DNA of 41,633 bases from positions 1 through 41,633 of the IMG/VR virus record IMGVR_UViG_3300032269_001699; one strand, written 5' to 3'. The position numbers and the translations under genes were made by a program. Each line of letters opens with the position of its first letter. Position 1 is the first letter of the stretch. Positions 35,067 to 41,633 of this stretch are shown here, one piece after another. Source of the stretch: a virus (taxonomy: Duplodnaviria; Caudoviricetes). Below the pieces are notes generated by a model. That model searched no databases. It saw nothing but the letters and a program-made list of their open reading frames with translations, and was not told the DNA's origin.

Positions 35067-38000
35067 ATGTCCGGTGCATTACCTTATATTGGCGCTGTCG
35101 TTGGCGGCGTTATTGGCTTTTTTGCGGGTGGGCCAGTTGGTGCATTTGAAGGTGCAGCTGTTGGATATAGCCTCGGCAGCGCAGTTCAGGCCAGCACTAG
35201 CTCTACCAATATAAAACTTCCTTCTGTAACAGGGCCAAGATTATCTGACTTACGGATACAAACTTCCAGTTATGGGAAAGTCATACCATCTGTTTACGGA
35301 CAAGGCCGTATTTCCGGGAATGTTATCTGGGCGCAGCCAATTAAGGAAGTGCAGAAAGATACCACCACAACATCTACAGCAAGTGGCGGAAAAGGTGGTG
35401 GCTCTGTAACTAACTCACAAACCCAAACCAGTTTTGAATATTATGCTACACTTGCAATTGCAATTTGTGAAGGGCCTATAAATGGAATCATTCGGGTATC
35501 TGCTGATGCTAAAGTCCTTGATGATACCTTCCTTGATTCATCCAATGGTAAATACAATGTTTACCTCGGCACTGAAGATCAATTGCCTGACCCTATCATG
35601 GAAAGTTTTGAAGGTGCTGGTAATGTTCCGGCATACCGGGGACAAGCTTATGTCGTTATCCAAGATTTTCCACTAGCGGCATTCGGTAACAGGATTCCCA
35701 ACTTTATATTTGAAGTTAAACGTATTGTGCGTTTTGAGCCTGCTGTTGAGGATAAGATTAAAGAAATAATCCTGATTCCAGGTGCGGGGGAATTTGTTTA
35801 TTCACCAACTGTTACTACTAAACAAAACGGAGAATATGCAGGTAGCGAGTTTCTTGCAAATGGTACTAAAGTACCACTTAACATGCACAACTTTAATAAC
35901 AAAGCTGATGTATTGCTTGCCCTTGACCAATTGCAGGAAACATTCCCCAACCTTGAAACTATAGCCTTGGTAGTTACCTGGTTTGCAACTTCAACTGATG
36001 CAGGGGCATGTACTATTGTTCCGAAAGTAGAATTTTCCGGCACTGGCACTGAGGTATTGCCGGATGATTGGGCGGTGGCTGGATATAACAGGAATACTGC
36101 CGCGCAGGTTCTTGCATTTCCTGATGGTAAAGTGACTTACGGCGGCACTCCATCTGATAAAGCCATTATTGATTTATGCAAGGAAATAAAAATAAATCGT
36201 GGGCTGGATATTATGTTTTACCCCATGATATTTGTTGATACTATAACACCGGAACCTAAACCTTGGCGTGGGCGCATTACTCCAGCCAATGCTACAGATG
36301 CTAATAACTGGTTTACAAAAACCAATGGCTTTAATGCTTTTGTACGTCATTACTCACAGCTTTCCATTGGAGGTGATAATTTAAAAGATTTAATTTCTGC
36401 CTTTGTCCTTGGTTCTGAATTTGTCGGTATGACGGGCTATACCAATACTGCGGGGAATTATCCGGCAGTAAACCAGTTGGTGAGCCTTGCTGCATTAGTA
36501 AAAGCTGATTTGGGTAGCGGAGTAAAATTAACCTATGCGGCTGACTGGAGCGAATATCACCATGCCGATGGTGGCTGGTTCAACATGGACTCGCTTTGGG
36601 CTTCTCCAAATATTGATGTTGTCGGTATTGATTCATATTTTCCGCTTACTCCTGATCTGCCACAAGCACAAATTACCCAGGATAAAATCAAGGAAGGCTG
36701 GGAAAAGGACGAGGGCTGGGATTATTTTTATGATACCGCGCGTACAACACAAACCAGTTTTGGTGGTGATGCCACTTATGCCTGGAAAAACGTAGAACAC
36801 TGGTGGAATAACACCCATACTAACCCAGGTGGCGGGTTGACCTCCTGGACTTCCAAAATGAAGCCAATCTGGTTTACTGAATATGGCTTTCCTAGCGTTG
36901 ATGCCTGCGCCAACCAGCCTAATGTGTTTTATGACCCATCTTCCAGCGAATCATTTTATCCGCGCGGCTCTAAAGGCAGGGTTGATTTTAAAGCCCAACG
37001 TGAAGCTATCAACGCGACACTTGATTTCCTTCAAACCAGAAATCAATTACCTGGAAATTCCGGCCTGATTGCTAAAAGTTTCTTGTGGACTTGGGACGCA
37101 AGGCCGTTTTCATTCTGGCCGGACTTAAGTAACGTGTGGCAGGATTCTATACTCTGGAAAACTGGTCACTGGGTAAATGGTAAACTTGGCAACTCAACAC
37201 TTGGCGCGATTATCGCCAATCTTTTAGAGAGGGCTGGGCTTACATCAACAGATTATGATGTATCACGCCTGACTGATACTGTTGACGGTTATCTCCTCGT
37301 GCAAAATATAACCGTGCGAGATGCTATTGAGCAGCTTCAGGCTGTTTATTTCTTTGACATGGTTGAATCTGACGGGCAATTGAAATTTGTGAAACGTGGC
37401 GGTGAATCCATTGTTACTATTGCAGGCGATGATCTTGTGCCACTTACCAAAGGTGGTGATATCCGGGAAATACTAGAAATTCACCGCGCCCAGGAACTCG
37501 ACCTACCACAAGAAGTAAATGTTACATATATTAATCGCGTAGCAAATTATGACCCCGGCCTTCAGCGCTCCACAAGGCAAACTACTGATGCTGTAGATAA
37601 AGTAAGCCTAAATGTGCCAATAGTAATGACTGACCAGGAAGCAAAAACTATTGCTGACGTTACCCTTTATAATGGTTGGATACAGCGTGTTAGTTATAAA
37701 TTCAATACTCCAGCTAAATATGCACTGATTGAGCCTACTGATATTGTGACCATTGATGTTGATGGGGTACAATCGCAAATCCGGGTAAAGTCTACCCGCA
37801 GTGAATATAGTGGCATGATGGAAATTGAAGGGGTTGCTGAAGATGTTGCATCTTATGATTTTTATACTTCTCCTGGAGAACATACTACTATAGAGCAACC
37901 TGGGCAGATAGTCCCTGGCACAAGGCTTGAACTAATTGATATACCGGCACTCCCTAATGATACAGCCGCAGTTGGTATTTTGCGTGTTGCTGTTGCTCCT

Positions 38001-38858
38001 GAAGGTGAGGGCTGGCGTGGAACTTTAGTTTACCGTTCTGATGATGGAGGGGAAACTGGTGGTAATACTTATAACGTGCTTGTTGGTACTAGTATTTCTG
38101 AAACTATTGGTGGCGCTGTAACTGCGCTTGCGTTACCATCCGGCATGGTCAATGTATTTGATATTGGCAATACTGTCGATATTGTGCTGATAAATGGTGA
38201 GTTATCAAGTGTCACCGAGCTTGCAGTGTTTAATGGTGCGAATGTCGCCGTACTTGGTAATGAAATTATCCAGTTCCAAAATGCCACATTACTTAGTGAA
38301 GGAAAATACCGCCTGTCAAAAATATTGCGCGGTAGGCTTGGAACTGAACATGAGGCTGGAACGCATGTAGCAGGGGAGATTTTTGTACTCTTATCCAGCA
38401 CTATCAACCGTGTTGCCATGCAAAGTAGCCTGATAGGTTTATCGCGTTTTTATAAGCCTGTATCGGTGGGCGGCACACCCGGAACTACTACTGAAGAATC
38501 TTTTACATATACAGGTAAAACACTCAGGCCATATTCTCCGGTAAATATAAAAGGCACACGTAACCTGCCAGTAACTAACGACTGGACAATCACCTGGGTA
38601 CGCCGCACCCGTGTTGGTGGAAGCTGGCAGGATGGTGTTGATGTACCTCTTAACGAGGAAAGCGAAAAATACCATATACAAATTATGAATGGTGTTACAC
38701 CTGTCCGCACAGTGGAAACTCTCACCTCACCCACATTTACCTATACCGCCGCAATGCAGGTAACAGATTTTGGTTCCGTGCAAAGCAGCTTATCGGTAAA
38801 AATATATCAAATATCGGCAATTGTCGGCAGGGGAGTGGCAGGGGTGGGTGCATTCTAA
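35067..38858 (+). CDS. Baseplate multidomain megatron/host-specificity protein with GTA TIM-barrel domain (RcGTA g15-like), 1263 aa
   Basis: YG..RISGNVIWA, PAYRG.AYVV..DFPL..FGNRIP, PWRGRI, YAADWSEY, KPIWFTEYG, WTWDARP, LRGRLGTE, WVRRTR. Confidence 0.93.
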   Translation: MSGALPYIGAVVGGVIGFFAGGPVGAFEGAAVGYSLGSAVQASTSSTNIKLPSVTGPRLSDLRIQTSSYGKVIPSVYGQGRISGNVIWAQPIKEVQKDTTTTSTASGGKGGGSVTNSQTQTSFEYYATLAIAICEGPINGIIRVSADAKVLDDTFLDSSNGKYNVYLGTEDQLPDPIMESFEGAGNVPAYRGQAYVVIQDFPLAAFGNRIPNFIFEVKRIVRFEPAVEDKIKEIILIPGAGEFVYSPTVTTKQNGEYAGSEFLANGTKVPLNMHNFNNKADVLLALDQLQETFPNLETIALVVTWFATSTDAGACTIVPKVEFSGTGTEVLPDDWAVAGYNRNTAAQVLAFPDGKVTYGGTPSDKAIIDLCKEIKINRGLDIMFYPMIFVDTITPEPKPWRGRITPANATDANNWFTKTNGFNAFVRHYSQLSIGGDNLKDLISAFVLGSEFVGMTGYTNTAGNYPAVNQLVSLAALVKADLGSGVKLTYAADWSEYHHADGGWFNMDSLWASPNIDVVGIDSYFPLTPDLPQAQITQDKIKEGWEKDEGWDYFYDTARTTQTSFGGDATYAWKNVEHWWNNTHTNPGGGLTSWTSKMKPIWFTEYGFPSVDACANQPNVFYDPSSSESFYPRGSKGRVDFKAQREAINATLDFLQTRNQLPGNSGLIAKSFLWTWDARPFSFWPDLSNVWQDSILWKTGHWVNGKLGNSTLGAIIANLLERAGLTSTDYDVSRLTDTVDGYLLVQNITVRDAIEQLQAVYFFDMVESDGQLKFVKRGGESIVTIAGDDLVPLTKGGDIREILEIHRAQELDLPQEVNVTYINRVANYDPGLQRSTRQTTDAVDKVSLNVPIVMTDQEAKTIADVTLYNGWIQRVSYKFNTPAKYALIEPTDIVTIDVDGVQSQIRVKSTRSEYSGMMEIEGVAEDVASYDFYTSPGEHTTIEQPGQIVPGTRLELIDIPALPNDTAAVGILRVAVAPEGEGWRGTLVYRSDDGGETGGNTYNVLVGTSISETIGGAVTALALPSGMVNVFDIGNTVDIVLINGELSSVTELAVFNGANVAVLGNEIIQFQNATLLSEGKYRLSKILRGRLGTEHEAGTHVAGEIFVLLSSTINRVAMQSSLIGLSRFYKPVSVGGTPGTTTEESFTYTGKTLRPYSPVNIKGTRNLPVTNDWTITWVRRTRVGGSWQDGVDVPLNEESEKYHIQIMNGVTPVRTVETLTSPTFTYTAAMQVTDFGSVQSSLSVKIYQISAIVGRGVAGVGAF

Positions 38859-39092
38859 CTACGCCAAGCCATATAAAAATTCAGGGGCAATATCAAGGCC
38901 ATTTTTCCAAACTACAGTATCCATAGCTATCGTGAAATCTTTAAATTTCTCTTTATCCATGAGTTCATGAAATATTTCCCTATGGTCGCTTTTAATTGTG
39001 TCGTAAAGATCTATAATTTTATTCGTGTTGTTATTAAAAATAACACTGATTTTATAATCACTTACATAGCTGGCATCATTCACTAAAATCAT
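38859..39092 (-). CDS. DUF2442 protein (DhiA-like antitoxin), 77 aa
   Basis: DYKISVIF...TVVWKNGLDIAPEFLY. Confidence 0.85.
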   Translation of the reverse strand: MILVNDASYVSDYKISVIFNNNTNKIIDLYDTIKSDHREIFHELMDKEKFKDFTIAMDTVVWKNGLDIAPEFLYGLA

Positions 39093-39105
39093 AATACTAC
39101 CAAAT

Positions 39106-39366
39106 TTATATTAATGGCTCTATTTTACTATATTTTCCTGTTTTCTGCAAGCTATCCCAGTTTTTCTGTAATTCATCCTGATGAGCACTTGCCCATTCAA
39201 CAATCAAGCCGAGCACCCTTGCTGGTACATTGCCGTCAATAACCTGCAGAGATTTTATCTCTACTGACGCCCTGTATTCCCCATATTGCACGTGAAAATG
39301 AGGCGGATTATGGTCATTAAAATACATATACACCACAATCCCAAGGAAACGACTTAATTCAGGCAT
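39106..39366 (-). CDS. DUF4160 protein (DhiT-like toxin), 86 aa
   Basis: MPELSRFLGIVVYMYFNDHNPPHFHVQYGE...EWA..HQDEL..NW...KIEPL. Confidence 0.9.
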   Translation of the reverse strand: MPELSRFLGIVVYMYFNDHNPPHFHVQYGEYRASVEIKSLQVIDGNVPARVLGLIVEWASAHQDELQKNWDSLQKTGKYSKIEPLI

Positions 39367-39389
39367 AAAATCTCTTCTACAATGTATTA

Positions 39390-39662
39390 TTACTTAACCG
39401 CATCGTTCAAAGTCTTGCCAACCTTAGCTTTAACAACATTCTTCGCTGCAATTTTAAGTTCCTTGCCAGTGCGAGGGTTGCGGCCAGTACGTGCGCTGCG
39501 CTTAACTTTCTTCAGGCTAAGGAAGCCAACGAGGTTAATTTCTCCGCCTTTCTTTAATTCTTTTTTGCTCACTTCTACAAGCGCGTCAACAACCTTGGCA
39601 ACGTCAACTTTAGTAAGCTTTGTAGCCTTTGCAATTGCTTCAACTAATTCACTCTTATTCAT
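39390..39662 (-). CDS. hup: HU/IHF-family DNA-binding protein, 90 aa
   Basis: MNKSELVEAIA...LVGF...RSARTGRNPRTGKELKIAA...GKTLNDAVK. Confidence 0.95.
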   Translation of the reverse strand: MNKSELVEAIAKATKLTKVDVAKVVDALVEVSKKELKKGGEINLVGFLSLKKVKRSARTGRNPRTGKELKIAAKNVVKAKVGKTLNDAVK

Positions 39663-39739
39663 TTCCAGTCTCCATTTGGGTTAAACCGTGGGTTTAAACC
39701 ATACCTTCAGTAATTTTCTAAATCAACAGGTTTAAACAT

Positions 39740-41311
39740 ATGACAGTGACTAATAATCTAGCAATTACTCTGGTAGAACAAAGCCAATCACAAAAAGAAG
39801 TTACTGTAAATGAGGCGTTGGTTTTACTGGATGCGCTTCTCAATACTGGAGTGATAGATAAAGACCTTGCCACACCTCCTGTTTTTCCTGCAAGTGGGGA
39901 TTTATATATTGTGGCTGCAAGCCCTACAGGCGCATGGACTGGGAAAGCAAAACAAATTGCATGGTATAACCAGACATGGCGATTTATTGTTCCTAAAGAG
40001 GGTTTAACTTTATGGGTGCGGGATGAAGATAAGCCCTATAGCTATAACGGCACAAACTGGATAAGCACAATTGAAGCGCTGACCAATCCACAATTTAGCA
40101 ATATTGGTATAGGCACAGCGCCAGATCCGGCACAAGCGATAAACCTTTATGCTACTTCCATACTTTATAACTCTGGCGGTTCATTTACGCAGCAAATGAA
40201 TAAAAATGCTGCTGGTGATAATGTAAAGCTGCTATTCCAACAAGGCTTCACTACTTATGGGGAGCTTGGGTTACTCGGCGATAATGAATTTTCATTAAAG
40301 GTTTCAGATGGCACAAACTTCTATATTGCCTGGAAAATCCGGCAATCCGGCACTACTAATTTTGTTAAAGAAGCTTTGATTAGTGATGCCTCTCCTATTA
40401 ATCACAAAAATTATATAGTGAACGGGAATTGCAAGGTAGCACAACATTCTGCACTCACTCTTGTAAAGGATGTGTACGGGATTGGTCAGGTAGACCGCTT
40501 TGCTGGAATGGCTACTGGCACGGCAGTATCAGCAGGAACACTTATATACAGCGCCTTCTCTGGTAAGGAATACATTAAATTTAACCAGGTTACTATCACA
40601 GGAACCGGGCAGCTTTATTTACGGCACCGTATAGAAGCACAAGATTCCGAAGTTTTCGTAAACCAGAAAGGCTCGTTTTCCTGCAATATTCAACATAGCA
40701 TCGGCTCTTCCATGAATGTTACGGTATTTGTCAGAAAAGCTAATGCTGCTAATAATTTCAGCGCCGTTACCGCTATTGCTAATAGCAGCGCCATTTCCGT
40801 GCCAAATAGCACAGAAACCACTATCCGTTTTGAAGATGTGTCTATGGGTGATTGCTCCAATGGCATTGAAATTGAGTTGAAGCTGGAACCGGGTGCAATA
40901 ACCACCAAAGATTTTCTTATCCGTAACCTGCAATTTGAACTTGGCAGTATCGCCACACAGTTTGTAATGGAGCCGCTTGCTGAAACTCTTGCCAAATGCA
41001 AACGCTTTTACCAGAAACTTGGCAAAGGTATTGCCGGAGCATTTTCTTCCGGCACGGAAGTAGATACGGCTTTAGTTTTCCCACTGGAATTCCGGGCTGT
41101 ACCAACAGGCACACTCCTTACTACAACACCATCCATAAACCATACCGGGGTTGGTGGTAAAACTGGTTCATCCTCCGCCATAGTTGGCGGTGGCACTTCT
41201 TATTCAGCCAATGGCGCTTATATGCGTATCAATGGCTTTAGCAGCGGAACAGCAAAAGAGGCTGTTTTTGTTACCAGCGATAATATCCTTGCATTTGATT
41301 CAGAACTTTAG
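39740..41311 (+). CDS. DUF2793-domain tail fibre protein, 523 aa
   Basis: QSQKEVTVNEAL..LD...PP..P..GD.YIV...TGAW...W.F..PKEG; F...GELGLLGDNEFSLKVS; C-terminal QFELG..AT.F...C.RFY. Confidence 0.88.
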   Translation: MTVTNNLAITLVEQSQSQKEVTVNEALVLLDALLNTGVIDKDLATPPVFPASGDLYIVAASPTGAWTGKAKQIAWYNQTWRFIVPKEGLTLWVRDEDKPYSYNGTNWISTIEALTNPQFSNIGIGTAPDPAQAINLYATSILYNSGGSFTQQMNKNAAGDNVKLLFQQGFTTYGELGLLGDNEFSLKVSDGTNFYIAWKIRQSGTTNFVKEALISDASPINHKNYIVNGNCKVAQHSALTLVKDVYGIGQVDRFAGMATGTAVSAGTLIYSAFSGKEYIKFNQVTITGTGQLYLRHRIEAQDSEVFVNQKGSFSCNIQHSIGSSMNVTVFVRKANAANNFSAVTAIANSSAISVPNSTETTIRFEDVSMGDCSNGIEIELKLEPGAITTKDFLIRNLQFELGSIATQFVMEPLAETLAKCKRFYQKLGKGIAGAFSSGTEVDTALVFPLEFRAVPTGTLLTTTPSINHTGVGGKTGSSSAIVGGGTSYSANGAYMRINGFSSGTAKEAVFVTSDNILAFDSEL

Positions 41312-41324
41312 AAAGGGGAACATT

Positions 41325-41633
41325 ATGGAAAACCAACTATTACAACTTGGCGCAGGTGGATTGTTTGCGCTGCTTGTGCTGCGGGAAGTATTCAGCTTTC
41401 TTAAAGAAAAATCCCGTTGCCAAGGCAATAAAACTACCGAACTTATGGCAAAGCAGGTTAATGATTTACACGAATGGCACAATGTTCTTGATGATGATGG
41501 TGTAAAAGTATGGTATGTGCGCCGTTCCTTAGAAGGTGCGCTTGAAAAACTTACCAACACCCTTGATACCCAAACTCTGCTATTGCGTGAACTGGTTACA
41601 TCATTGCAGGAAACCAGGAGGGATATTGAAAGA
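41325..41633 (+). CDS. Holin-like membrane protein, 5' part (runs off the right edge)
   Basis: GGGG RBS; MENQLLQLGAGGLFALLVLREVFSFLKEK followed by a coiled-coil; position after the tail fibre. Confidence 0.55.
   Translation, partial: MENQLLQLGAGGLFALLVLREVFSFLKEKSRCQGNKTTELMAKQVNDLHEWHNVLDDDGVKVWYVRRSLEGALEKLTNTLDTQTLLLRELVTSLQETRRDIER

Larger units (their letters stand above)
1700..41633. mobile_element. Siphovirus-type prophage or phage-like element with RcGTA-like tail tip; both boundaries undetermined, continues past the right edge
   Basis: Canonical order terminase-portal-head-neck-tail-tape measure-baseplate-fibre-holin, with a divergent early-gene block. No integrase or att site seen. 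Confidence 0.93.

Noticed and set aside
17031-38858. Bona fide gene transfer agent cluster
   Set aside because: The head genes are not RcGTA-type, the tape measure is long, and early genes and morons are present, all of which indicate a phage.

Overview
This low-GC window is almost entirely one tailed-phage (siphovirus-like) prophage or phage-like element, probably from an alphaproteobacterial host; the RcGTA-type tail tip genes and a CtrA-like box support that host assignment. Positions 1-484 hold the 5' end of a filamentous haemagglutinin/CdiA-type TpsA gene on the minus strand, which the ORF track missed. Positions ~1.7-8.5 kb are a leftward array of early-type genes (two ParB-family proteins, DUF488, a DUF4942 adenine methyltransferase, hypotheticals). 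Most are preceded by copies of one module: IHF-like box, TTGACG-N16-TAGRAT promoter, AACCACAAAACCAA leader and AAGGAG. A 68-nt tRNA-Gly-like cloverleaf sits inside this array. From 8.56 kb a rightward late operon starts with an MTase-like/Mom-like GNAT fusion and a ParB/Srx protein. That protein is joined to the terminase small subunit through an A8 slippery run. TerL, portal, head, head-fibre (one copy has an internal TGA), neck, tail tube, a -1 frameshifted tail chaperone, tape measure, GTA-like tail tip, a DUF2793 fibre and a truncated holin-like gene follow. Inserted cargo includes a Fic protein, a leaderless Zn-ribbon gene, a HigBA-like TA pair, a SIR2-like gene and an HU + DUF4160/DUF2442 operon. 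No integrase, replication genes or att sites are visible. Family assignments come from motif recognition by eye, not from database searches.
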